Origin: Welwitschia mirabilis
Taxonomy: Eukaryota
Direction of reading: 5' to 3'
Assembly: GCA_051453625.1 (NCBI GenBank)
Contig: JBOZIK010000001.1
Location: 4,157,867 to 4,214,376, forward strand
DNA length: 56,510 nucleotides
Position numbers and translations under genes: made by a program. Position 1 is the stretch's first letter. Each line of letters opens with the position of its first letter. Positions 13,400 to 25,530 of the stretch are shown in pieces. The notes below the pieces were generated by a model. It was not told where the DNA came from, ran no database searches, and saw only the letters and a list, made by a program, of their open reading frames with translations.

Positions 13400-14370
13400 G
13401 AGAGCTTAGATCCCAAAATGGAAACTAACCCTTGAAGATTTTCAATAAGTACAAATCTTCACATCTTAAAATAACTTGAACAATCATGAGTAAGACCCCT
13501 TATGATTGTTACTAATACAAGTGAACATAAGGAAAACCCTCTATGATTACCTCTAATCCTAATGCTTGGGAACACCTTCATGCATGATTATGCCATTCAT
13601 AAACTAGAACTTAAAGTTTAAACCCTCCACTATACAACTCTTGTTTTATTGTATGAATTAGAGTCTAAGGACCCATATCTTTATCCTAAAGGATTTGAAT
13701 GTATCCTATTAATAGTCCCTCAGTATCCTAATACTTATGATGCATTTAGTCTTAGCTTATTTTCCTTTTTTTGAAAGAAAAGGTGAAATTCTAGTTATAA
13801 ATCTTTAAATCCTACTCTATTACCAATAGGACTAACCTAAGTAAGGCTTTCATTTCCAAAGTTTTTCCAATCATAAGACAAATGCCCTAAGAGAAAAAAT
13901 CATGAATTTCTAATAAAAGAATCACAAAACATTTTCCTTGATCTTAAAACAATTTAAAGAGTTATTATTTAATTATCCTTAACATGGTTTTCCGCTAAGT
14001 AGTTAATAAGTTTCTTCTATGATGCGTTGTCTACTAATAACCACCAATTAGTTAAAATGATGAGTTGAGGTAATTTCCTTAGCATGCCCCTAAACAAGAT
14101 TTGAAAGTACTTAGAAAGTATAGTTGAGAGTTCAAAGAATTAGGAAAAACCTGCAAAATCCTCAAGATCCAATCACTCAGTGAGGTTTACAGATGTGTTT
14201 AAAGTTCCTAAAAATTTCAAGATAAATAATAAGATAGATGAAGTAGCAAGGGACTAGAATCTTTAATTGTCACACTTCACACTCATTCATGGTCACTAAG
14301 CTTAAATGTTTGATTTATCACATTGATACCCATGAAAATGTCAAATGTCACTTCATTTCCTTATTCTAAT
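13400..14370 (+). pseudogene. N-terminal part of gag of element D (Retrotrans_gag and degenerate zinc knuckle)
   Basis: KDPYLY…DAFSLSLFPF.LKEKVK…SKAFISK; near 14305-14366 KCLIYHIDTHENVKCHFISLF (degenerate CCHC), then abruptly replaced by CACTA subterminal repeats. Confidence 0.75.
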
Positions 14371-14375
14371 AATGG

Positions 14376-14709
14376 GCTTTTAAGGCATTTTTAAAATGCC
14401 TTAAGAGGCCTTAAGAAATACCTTAATCACTTTTAAGATGTTTTATCAAAAAAACCCCTTAAAAATACTTATTTTAAAAGCTTTCATGCTTTTAAGGCAT
14501 TTATAATAAAAACACCTTTGAGACGTATTTGAGGTTTCTTTTTATGAAATGCCTCAAAAGTATTTTAAGGCATTTTCTAATATAAACACCTTAAAAGTTT
14601 TTTATGTCATCTTACAAAATAAATGTCTTAAACCAATTTTGAGGCATTTTCTTACATGAATGCATCAATTGCATTTTGAGGTGTCCTAGCAAATAAATGT
14701 CTTAAAGAA
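14376..14709. repeat. CACTA subterminal repeat array (3' end of the transposon)
   Basis: Many direct and inverted copies of T(A/G)AGGC(A/G)TTT / AAA(T/C)(G/A)CCT(T/C)A. Confidence 0.75.
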
Positions 14710-17700
14710 TGTAACGTTGGGGAAAAAACAATTTACCACATAAAACTAATAAAATAAAGCAAAATCCACTCATCATGAAAGTAGCAGAGCACTCACCATG
14801 GAACCCATGAATTACTTCATATACAATCTTTGCATTCATGCTAGGCATTTCATATTTAATTCAGATCTAATGCTTGGAGAAGCCAAGAAGACCTTTTGAT
14901 ATTTTATTTATCCTATTTTCTCATTACTTTGATAAGCTTCAAGGAAATGGATTTCCTTATTCGTATCATACTATTGCCAATAAGGATTGACATATGTGTC
15001 GTATATGTTATATGTGTAAGAAGATGCAGCAATAATTAGTTCTACTGATCTAGCTAATGTAACATCCATAATTATCCTTGTGAGAAGTAATACTATATAA
15101 TCATTTTCCATCAATGCTATTACTCTCACAAGAGGTGTAGGTCCATAAGTATCCTCACTTTGTATTAGTGAAAGACCTAGGGATAAAACGCTAAGACCCA
15201 ATAATGTTGCTAGTGAGAAAGGAAAAACAAATTACAAAAAACTAGCTAATAAAACTTGTATGAGATGATAAGAAGCAAGAATGACCTTGAAGCTTAAGAT
15301 TTCACTCACATCCCTCTTCTCCAGGTCTTCACATTTGAAGGACAATCAAAGTAAATAGTGTTTATTAGATTCAAAAGTCTCATCCAAAAGCTATAAGGTG
15401 GTTCTCTTACATTGGTATCCTTTGTAATCATAGTGGCTAGTGATTGCATAGAGTCAAGCCTAGATCATTGCATTGTGAAAAGCACAAGCCATTTATAATA
15501 GGACATATTTTTTTATACAATCCATCACTCTCCAATAGAATATTTGAAATGCATTTGGAAGAAGACAATAATGCAAAAGATCTTTTAAGTGATTTCATGA
15601 ACATGCACCTTAAAATAGGTTCTTTTGATATTGATATTAAAAATAAGAATATGAAATGGATTTTTGAAAAAGTGCAAAACATAAATATTGAATAAAAGCT
15701 ATTGAAGCATGATATTTCTCAAAAAGAATAAGTCAACACCATGGCAATACTGTGAGGCCTAATAGGACCTTCATTCTTTTTCTATTCATGTTATCTTTCT
15801 GATCCCCTACTCTAGTAGAGACACTAATATGAACATTTAGAGATCTAACATTTAAGTAAGTGACATTGAGTTGAAGTAAGCACCTAGTTTTATAATATAC
15901 TTTTACTATTATTGCTATTAGAATACAATCCTTTAAACAAGATAAATAGTGGACTATATTTAAGTAGATACTCCTTTCAATGTAGATTTTAAAATCATTA
16001 AAGTAATCATCTATTTGCGAGATAAGAAAAAAACCAAGGAATCATTATCATGGCACTTGTAATAACCATAAAATTATCACTTCAATCATGACTAGTTTGA
16101 TTGGCTCTCTCAAGTGGGATATTACATGATCAAAAATAATCACAAACTGAAGAATATAAATTACCATATCCAATTGATATATAGTTATAAATCTTAAATA
16201 TCATAGTACTTGGATAATCCTTTGATGCATTTAGGGATTAGTCAGTGAAACCATCAAATGCATAGTTAAAGTTACTATCAAAAATTGTGCATATTTTGAT
16301 GAAATCAAAGCATGTATAAAGAACATGTTATGAGATTACAAAATCACATGTATTCTTCTCAATAGATTCAAGGAATAATGAGAAAAATTTACATTTTGAA
16401 TTAACATAATTGATTCCTTGAATAATAACCATAAACACCTTTTTATGTACTAATGATAAAGGTCTAAGAAATAGTAGTTTGTTAAGGCATACTTTAAAAA
16501 ATATTCAGAGCCTCTTTGAGGAGACAACCTTATGAATTCTATTAGATCATATCCCACGTGATAAATACATGACTATATATCATTGTATAGCTTCAGAAGT
16601 TTAGACCCTATGAATGCACATGAAAAATACTTTTTTATCTCAAAGGCTTTATAGTAGTTAAAAATAATGAGATGAACTTTTGTATGACTATATTCATTTT
16701 AATCTAGATTAATAAAATTGAATCTTTTATTAATTTAAATAATAAGCTATTAATCCAATTTTTCCATGTACTTTTAATAATCTTTACACTTCATGAAAGC
16801 CTATAGATAGGATATAGTAACTTCTAAAATTGTGAAACCAAAAATCTAGATATGATAGTATAGATTAGTTTCCCAACTAAAAGATTTGTTTTAGTAAGTA
16901 CTATATAAGATGATTATCACAAAATAGTCTTTAACATTTATCTAAAATTTCTGTAAGCTTTTCTAATAATAACCAAAAGAAATTTAGACAATGGAAAAAT
17001 ATGTCAGAAATTCATTTCTATTACTTAATAATAATTAAGGAATCTTATGAGTAAGATGCTTTTCAAATGAAGAAAAAGATCTAATAAGAAGATAAGGATA
17101 AAAATATCTAACAAAGGAAAAGCTCAGTAAATATGTTTTCTACATATTACACATTTAGAATATGTGTTGTTTGATTTCGCATCTTCAATTTTTAGTGTAA
17201 ATGCATTCATGCATGTATACATGTTACAAAATATATGACCACATCCTAATGCTTGACTAATTAATTTTTAGACAAGAAATTCATTAACAAATTAACAAAG
17301 ACATATTAGGAATTTGAAACTTACTAGTACAACTTCATGATATCCCAATTTGTACTAATTTAGAATCAGTAAAAACCTCTAACAATAAAAAGAGTTTTAA
17401 TATCAAGAAGATTTTATACTAAGGTTGCAATCTTCATGATAAATAGAACTCTTACAAATTTTAAAAAATCCTTTATTGAAAATCTAATCCTATAGCTCTT
17501 CATAGCTTTTCAACATCAAAATATGATTTTACTATGTGACACTAGTTAATCTAGGAAACAACATCATTAAAAATAAAAATGACTCATAGCCATTCAAATG
17601 AAGAAAATCTTATTATAATTTACTAGTTCTTGGAAAAGCTTATGAATTACAAAGATAAATATAATTGAAATGAAATCTAATTTAAATGTTACAAATTCTA

Positions 17701-19695
17701 AAATCCAAATGGCAAATATTAAATTTAATCATGTCCTAAGTTTAATGATTATGAGGACTACTTTGAATTCTCCCTTAAAATTTATGAAATCAAAAGCATT
17801 GGAAAGACATAGTATGAGAATGCCTTTTTAATAGATGATAATCTAGAGATTTGTAATGGAAAACCATAGAGTAAAAAGAGCATGCACCCTAATAACATCA
17901 AGAAATTTGATGAAATGTCAAAACATGCTAGTAGATCAAATGATGAAATTGGAATTGAAATTTTCATTGGGGATGGAGATAAGTATCACTTTAAAGTAAA
18001 ACATTCTTTATGATTCTTTTGTTTATTAAAAAAATGATATGAGAATCTAGTCATGTTTTAACTTTTTAACTTTAAGGTAATACTATCTAAACATTTACAT
18101 TAGTTAAAATAGAGGTCTTGATGAAATCAGATTTTCCCATGATGCTTTTTCAACTTTGAATAGTACAGCTAGCTCATAAAATCTGGAAACTCCTTAAATA
18201 TTGAACATGATCTTAGCTATTTACTTTTTAATAGTATTTTGCAATGTTTTACTATTTTTTATACCCTTGAAGTGGATAGTAAACTCACTTCTTAATAGAG
18301 TAGAGGCATGCAACCTCGCATAATTTATTTTAAGCAAGCATAAAGAAATGGTTCTATCATTTGTTTTAAAAAGCTTCTAAAATAGATTAAAAATCTCTCA
18401 TAAACTACTAGCTTGCATTCATGAAGAAGAGAAATTTATGCCTTCTACCAACTTCACTAGTCCAAAATGGCTAAGGCTTCCAAGATGTAGACAATGTTGT
18501 ATGAAAAGTTCACCTTGCATGTTATAGTATCTTTTTAGTAGATTGCATGATTGGCTAAGTGTAGCCAAAAGATGCATGATGTACTCTACTCTCATTGAAG
18601 TTTAGTGTCCTTTTGAAAATATTTGAAGTTAAATTTTTAAAGTAAGTAATCCTTGAAGAATGTTCTTTAGAGAACAAATTTTCTATTATACTAATGCCTT
18701 ATTTTTTACATTAAAAAAATTTCCTTATTTTGGATCCAAAAAATGATGACATTTGAATTTTTGTGAGTTTTATGAGGAAAGAAAATTGCAATGGTACCTA
18801 GATTCCATAGTTTATATTAGTGTTAGCATCTATCTATGGTTCCTTGAATCTTTGAACATCTCAATTCGCTTCTCCATAGCACTAACTACAAGGAATTTAA
18901 TGGGAGTTCATAACGTCAAAACATGATTTTTTAGATGTGAAATTATGCAAAACATCATGTTACTACCACTCTATCATTTAGAACAATTTACATGATCTTG
19001 ATAGTAATGTCACTATTGTTTCTCTTTCTATTATTCTCTTAATTCATTCTCCTTTTCAACCTTCACTAAATATATTTATTAAAGGGTATTAAGCTCCCCT
19101 AAAATCCCTTCATTCTCTTCTCTATCAAACTTAATGTCAGTGCCCTTAGAATAAGATACCAAAATAGTATTGTTGTTAGCACTGAGATAAGATGTTTAAG
19201 TTCCAAATAGAGTAATAATAGGTTTATCTTATGCTCCCATTTAATTTTAATTACTATAAGTTTGGATTACTGATTTAAATGTTTAGATGATTTTTGTGTT
19301 ACTACTTTGTACATGCACAATGATGATGCAGAGAAATTCTAATTTTTAATAATGATTTTGGATGCATCCTTGAAAAATGCAATACATAATCAAGCTTATT
19401 TGTTTTTCATTAGCTTCCTTTACTACCTCGATGCTGATCTTTCTACAAAATACATTAGTAGTAGATCATAAGAAAAAGGGCACTATAGCAGAATGATGGA
19501 CAAAGACTAAGGATAACATAGGGATAAAGAGTAAAAAAATGTGAAAGTCTACACAAGAATCCAAAAAGAAAGAAAGGTTAAGTGAAAACATGAAGATGTC
19601 AGAATGAAGATATCTATGACCAATCTGTCAATTATGAAGATTCATCAATTTGTCTATCCTTCTTTTCTACTTAAAAATTTCTTTATAAATGATGT

Positions 19696-19698
<3 letters not shown>

Positions 19699-19744
<46 letters not shown>
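19699..19744. repeat. (TC)23 microsatellite
   Basis: Perfect dinucleotide run, read directly. Confidence 0.97.
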
Positions 19745-19748
<4 letters not shown>

Positions 19749-20161
19749 GTTTTTTACAATGTAGGCAAATATTAACAGTATTGTCATGTCCACATTTTTG
19801 CTTTCTGATAAAATTTGTAGTTTATGCTTAATGAAATATTAAAAAAATATTGAATTACTTGAAACCCCAATTGTGGAAATTGCTATGTTCTTGAAATTCT
19901 ATATTATTGAGTTGCAATATGAATACCTTTGATTAAATGTTTGTACCCAATATTTTTATATGCTATTGTGATGGAAATGATATCTTTTATTACTTATGCA
20001 GTTGAAAGTAAATGCTGAATTGAATATTTACTATGGAGACATGTTATTTGTTCCATTTTTTCATTATTAAATGTAAAGCATTATCTTGATTTTATAATTA
20101 AAAGCACCTAATGGCTAGGCAATTATGTAACCCTTTTTTTAACTGCCCTTATTCACTATAT

Positions 20162-20272
20162 TTTGTCTTCATATGCAAGGAATCTTTGCCAACTTTTGTT
20201 TGTCTTCATATGCAAGGAATCTTTATTAACTTTCATTTGTCTTCATATGTAAGGAATCTTTATTAACTTTCA
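20162..20272 (+). repeat. 37-bp tandem repeat x3
   Basis: Unit TTTGTCTTCATATGCAAGGAATCTTT(GCC/ATT)AACTTT(TG/CA), read directly. Confidence 0.9.
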
Positions 20273-20797
20273 TTTATTGTCATATTCTTGTGACTCTTCA
20301 CATTTCACCAAATCTCGATTATAAATAGAACTCTAATCCTTCTTATCCCTCACTTTTGTTTTGTGGAGAACCTTTTGCTACTGAGTCTTAAAGTTGAAAA
20401 GGCCTGGAAGACTTAAAAAGATCTTGAGTTCTTAAAAGTCAGTATGGTTCCTTACCTTCGTGCTACCTTGGTGGTCCTTTATTATGCATTTTGTATTAAA
20501 ATTGTTATNNNNNNNNNNNNNNNNNNNNNNNNNNNNNNNNNNNNNNNNNNNNNNNNNNNNNNNNNNNNNNNNNNNNNNNNNNNNNNNNNNNNNNNNNNNN
20601 NNNNNNNNNNNNNNNNNNNNNNNNNNNNNNNNNNNNNNNNNNNNNNNNNNNNNNNNNNNNNNNNNNNNNNNNNNNNNNTCCCTATTACATTGACTTATCA
20701 GCTTGCAGTTGAAATCTATGATTATGGTATTATATTGTGGTAAAAGCTATCTTAGTTTCTTGATATCATCTTGTTGGATCTATGGTTATGGATTTTT

Positions 20798-21560
20798 CAC
20801 GGATCGCCGAATGAGGCAGTAGACTTCACAGATCACCGAACGGGGTAGTGAAGAGAGAATTCCACAGATCGCTAAATGAGGTAGTGGAGATATTATATTA
20901 CCACAGATCGCAAAATGAGGCAGTAGNNNNNNNNNNNNNNNNNNNNNNNNNNNNNNNNNNNNNNNNNNNNNNNNNNNNNNNNNNNNNNNNNNNNNNNNNN
21001 NNNNNNNNNNNNNNNNNNNNNNNNNNTTCATGATATCATCTTGTTGGATCTATGGTTATGGATTTTTCACGGATCACCGAATGAGGCAGTAGACTTCACA
21101 GATCACCGAACGGGGTAGTGAAGAGAGAATCCCACAGATCGCTGAATGAGGTAGTGGAGATATTATATTACCACAGATCGCAAAATGAGGCAGTAGGCTT
21201 CACAGATCACTAAACGAGGTAGTGAAGTTAATGATGATTGAGATTATATATATATATATATATATGAGTATCATAGATCGTCGAATGAGGCAGTGGGCTT
21301 CACAGATCACCGAATGAGGTAGTGAAGTTAAATAGTATATAAGAACCACATATCACTGAATGAGGCAGTGGGCTTCACAGATCGCCGAANNNNNNNNNNN
21401 NNNNNNNNNNNNNNNNNNNNNNNNNNNNNNNNNNNNNNNNNNNNNNNNNNNNNNNNNNNNNNNNNNNNNNNNNNNNNNNNNNNNNNNNNAATGTTATTTA
21501 ATTTCCATAGATCGCCAAATGAGGCAGTGGGATTTATAGATCACCAAACGAGGTAGTGAA
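20798..21560 (+). repeat. Interspersed ~24-bp repeat array CACAGATCACCGAATGAGG(C/T)AGTG
   Basis: About 15 copies (e.g. 20798, 20827, 20902, 21201, 21301, 21347, 21376, 21506, 21535) separated by linkers of about 5-47 bp. The first four copies are repeated after the gap. Confidence 0.9.
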
Positions 21561-23297
21561 GTTAATGATGATTGATATTATATATATTATGTTTGATATT
21601 CTCATTTATAACCATGAGTTCATTAATCGTGTATGTCTTGAATTTCTTGAAAGTCTTAAACTTTTCCTTGTTGTCTTAATCCTTAGAGTATCTTGCTAAA
21701 ATACCTTACCTAGGCCATGCTGGGGCTGTGAGATTTTCACAGTTCTCATCCCATATGTTTTTGTGACAGGTGAAAAATCTGGTGTCTGATTGCTGAGATG
21801 GCATGAATTCATGATGGATCATTGGATCTAAAATCATGGAAAAATCTTTTGATTTATTGTATCTCATTGGACTATTGGAGTTAATTATCTAATTTCATGA
21901 ATAATCAATATGTTAAATGAGAGATAAATTCTATTCATTTGTAATGTGTGGCTTGCATTTTTATATCGAATGATGATTTTTCCTTCTTGAAATAAAATTT
22001 TTTTATAGGTGGTCATACTTTCTAGTTATTATCTGATGAAATTTGTTAAAAATATCGAATCTTTGCTCATTTTTTTATAAANNNNNNNNNNNNNNNNNNN
22101 NNNNNNNNNNNNNNNNNNNNNNNNNNNNNNNNNNNNNNNNNNNNNNNNNNNNNNNNNNNNNNNNNNNNNNNNNNNNNNNNNGAATGATGATTTTTCCTTA
22201 TTGAAATAAAATTTATTTATTGGAGGCCTTACTTTCTAGTTGTTATCTGATGAAATTTGTTAAAAATATCGAATCTTTGCTCATGTGTTCATGAAATATT
22301 CTATTAAATATTGGATGAAAAAGTTTTTGGATTCTTGAGAATCTTTTGGAATGAACCTGAAATTTTGCATATTATTATTATAAAAATGTGAAAAGTTTTA
22401 TTATAATATTTCATTGTAAAACCTTGGTATGAACTCTTGATTATATAAAGTTATTCTTAAGTCTATTATCATTGATAAATTATCTTCAAATGTGGACATG
22501 AGACTTTCCCCTCCTTGCCAAAGGAAATAAGACTCAAGAAAAGGGAGTTATCTCTCCTCTTTAAAAATATTATTAAGAGTTAAGGATTGGACATTAAGTA
22601 GGCCCCTTAATTTGAANNNNNNNNNNNNNNNNNNNNNNNNNNNNNNNNNNNNNNNNNNNNNNNNNNNNNNNNNNNNNNNNNNNNNNNNNNNNNNNNNNNN
22701 NNNNNNNNNNNNNNNNNNNNNNNNNNNNNNNNNNNNNNNNNNNNNNNNNNNNNNNNNNNNNNNNNNNNNNNNNNNNNNNNNNNNNNNNNNNNNNNNNNNN
22801 NNNNNNNNNNNNNNNNNNNNNNNNNNNNNNNNNNNNNNNNNNNNNNNNNNNNNNNNNNNNNNNNNNNNNNNNNNNNNNNNNNNNNNNNNNNNNNNNNNNN
22901 NNNNNNNNNNNNNNNNNNNNNNNNNNNNNNNNNNNNNNNNNNNNNNNNNNNNNNNNNNNNNNNNNNNNNNNNNNNNNNNNNNNNNNNNNNNNNNNNNNNN
23001 NNNNNNNNNNNNNNNNNAGAGTTACAATTTAAACTAATAGTTTGGATAGTTGATAAATGCAAGAAAGGGGTTTTCTGCTAAGTGTTACACATCTCCAGCA
23101 TGCCATTAATGAGTGCGTTATTAATGAGTGCACCATGATGACTTTCCAATGCTTCATTTCAGTTTTGAGCTGAATGTTTGTAGCTTCTAATTGCGCCATG
23201 GGAGAGATGAGAGAAAGGGGCAGGTTATAAAGCATTAGGCATTATTGTGTGCCATTCAAATTCACCCCTTGATGAAACATTTTGCTTGAAATGCCTC

Positions 23298-23438
23298 TCT
23301 AAACTTTAATTATCAAGAAAAACGCCCAACCACTACAACACCTTTCTAAACTTTAATCACCAAGAAAAATACCCAGCCATTGCATCGTTTGTCTAAATTT
23401 AAAATGCCAAGAAAAATGCCCAACCCTAAAACATCTTC
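23298..23438 (+). repeat. 47-bp degenerate tandem repeat x3
   Basis: TCTAAA(C/T)TT(T/A)AA…CAAGAAAAA…CCCA(A/G)CC units start at 23298, 23345 and 23392. Confidence 0.75.
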
Positions 23439-23949
23439 AATCAGTTTACTTAAATGTTCTTACCCATCGAAACACCTAAATCATGTTTTTTCCTAGCATT
23501 TTAGTTTCTTTCATGTGTTTTTGTTAAATCAACACATAAATCATGCCGATAATTTATTTCTTAGGTGTTTCATTTCTAGTTGCTTAATGTTTCTGTCAAA
23601 TCGTGTTTTATAAATGCCTTCCAACTTATAGTGAAATTATAATAAGTTGAATAATTTTCAAACATTTCATTCATCTTCCTCCCAGCGCACTTCTTCCTAT
23701 AAATGCATTTTTTATCTTATATGGATTAATTCCTTGATGGCATTTTTCTTTTTGTGATTTCATCCCAGTGAATCATTTCATTTATCTGTGGACTCTGTTC
23801 TTACATTTACTTTGGCCTCACCTTCCATTCAAGCATTCTTTCGCCATTGAAATTCTAGCATCATTCAGGTACGAAGAAATCCTATCTTCCTTTTAGAATG
23901 TTTAAAGTTCATAATAGATATTATTTTTCATCCAATCATTTATAGTGTT

Positions 23950-24012
23950 GAGTCCCATAGTGTATTGGTTAAGTCATTTGATTTGTAGAGGTCATAAGAC
24001 CAATTCCCAATG
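23950..24012 (+). other. Decayed tRNA-like relic (A/B-box-like), non-functional
   Basis: CCCATAGTGTATTGGTTAAG (A-box-like) … GAGGTCATAAGACCAATTCCC (degenerate GGTTCGATTCCC B-box). No intact cloverleaf. Confidence 0.35.
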
Positions 24013-25303
24013 TGTGCTCCGATTAAAAATTTTGTTCTCCTCTCTTTTAAATTAATTTTTAAATTCTAAGTTGCTTCATAACTCCTAATTAAGATTAATA
24101 TAATCTTCATTATCCTTATAAAAATAATCTTATGGTAAAGGAATTCTCTAAGTTCAATAGTCATTTTAACCATTGAAATTAATCCAAACTTCAACTCATT
24201 TAAGTTAGAGGAAAAATTTTAGTTTTTCCCTCCAATTAGATTTTTTTTTGAGTCTTACCCATAACCTTCTCTCTCTTACCNNNNNNNNNNNNNNNNNNNN
24301 NNNNNNNNNNNNNNNNNNNNNNNNNNNNNNNNNNNNNNNNNNNNNNNNNNNNNNNNNNNNNNNNNNNNNNNNNNNNNNNNNNNNNNNNNNNNNNNNNNNN
24401 NNNNNNNNNNNNNNNNNNNNNNNNNNNNNNNNNNNNNNNNNNNNNNNNNNNNNNNNNNNNNNNNNNNNNNNNNNNNNNNNNNNNNNNNNNNNNNNNNNNN
24501 NNNNNNNNNNNNNNNNNNNNNNNNNNNNNNNNNNNNNNNNNNNNNNNNNNNNNNNNNNNNNNNNNNNNNNNNNNNNNNNNNNNNNNNNNNNNNNNNNNNN
24601 NNNNNNNNNNNNNNNNNNNNNNNNNNNNNNNNNNNNNNNNNNNNNNNNNNNNNNNNNNNNNNNNNNNNNNNNNNNNNNNNNNNNNNNNNNNNNNNNNNNN
24701 NNNNNNNNNNNNNNNNNNNNNNNNNNNNNNNNNNNNNNNNNNNNNNNNNNNNNNNNNNNNNNNNNNNNNNNNNNNNNNNNNNNNNNNNNNNNNNNNNNNN
24801 NNNNNNNNNNNNNNNNNNNNNNNNNNNNNNNNNNNNNNNNNNNNNNNNNNNNNNNNNNNNNNNNNNNNNNNNNNNNNNNNNNNNNNNNNNNNNNNNNNNN
24901 NNNNNNNNNNNNNNNNNNNNNNNNNNNNNNNNNNNNNNNNNNNNNNNNNNNNNNNNNNNNNNNNNNNNNNNNNNNNNNNNNNNNNNNNNNNNNNNNNNNN
25001 NNNNNNNNNNNNNNNNNNNNNNNNNNNNNNNNNNNNNNNNNNNNNNNNNNNNNNNNNNNNNNNNNNNNNNNNNNNNNNNNNNNNNNNNNNNNNNNNNNNN
25101 NNNNNNNNNNNNNNNNNNNNNNNNNNNNNNNNNNNNNNNNNNNNNNNNNNNNNNNNNNNNNNNNNNNNNNNNNNNNNNNNNNNNNNNNNNNNNNNNNNNN
25201 NNNNNNNNNNNNNNNNNNNNNNNNNNNNNNNCTTACCCAACCCTATTTATCTATGGCCCATACTTTGGGTACTAAAAATTCAGAGTGAAATATGAAATTT
25301 ATG

Positions 25304-25530
25304 GCAACCGTAAGAGTGTAGGGCTACACATTTGATATTACAGTGTTAAAGGATATGGAGACATTTTCAACATTAGAAATTTTAGGCCTTTATATGTAGT
25401 TTCAGAGCGTCTAAGTAGGTTTGAAGTTTTAACTTAAATTTTTAGGATATCGCTTTTAGTATTGGAGCAGTAAGTCTTAAAGTTTTGCAACCGTTTAAGA
25501 TTTGGTCATTACAATTTGATATCAAAGAGT
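25304..25530 (+). repeat. Four tandem degenerate LTR-end plus tRNA-Met PBS motifs, ~60-bp period
   Basis: TGATATTACAGT (25333, 8/12), TAGTTTCAGAGC (25397, 10/12), TAGTATTGGAGC (25457, 9/12) and TGATATCAAAGA (25517, 9/12) versus TGGTATCAGAGC. Each is preceded by a TT(T/A)GG…ACA-like LTR end. Confidence 0.55.

Larger units (their letters stand above)
20126..22593 (+). repeat. Tekay/Del-like chromovirus LTR remnant (boundaries tentative)
   Basis: TGTAACCC start, TATAAATAG at ~20319, internal tandem repeats, TTCTCATCCC…TGACAGGT segment, terminal stem-loop and ...GGATTGGACA end. The flanks (AATTA / TTAAG) do not form a TSD. Confidence 0.55.

Noticed and set aside
19604..19831. 75-aa ORF with an LS repeat
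   Set aside because: The repeat is the translated (TC)n microsatellite and there is no protein signal.
20798..21560. CRISPR-like repeat/spacer appearance
   Set aside because: The context is a eukaryotic TE with no cas genes. Linkers are very unequal in length, AT-rich and recurrent rather than unique spacers.
23950..24012. Functional tRNA gene
   Set aside because: There is no intact acceptor stem, anticodon arm or canonical T-loop. It is kept only as a relic.
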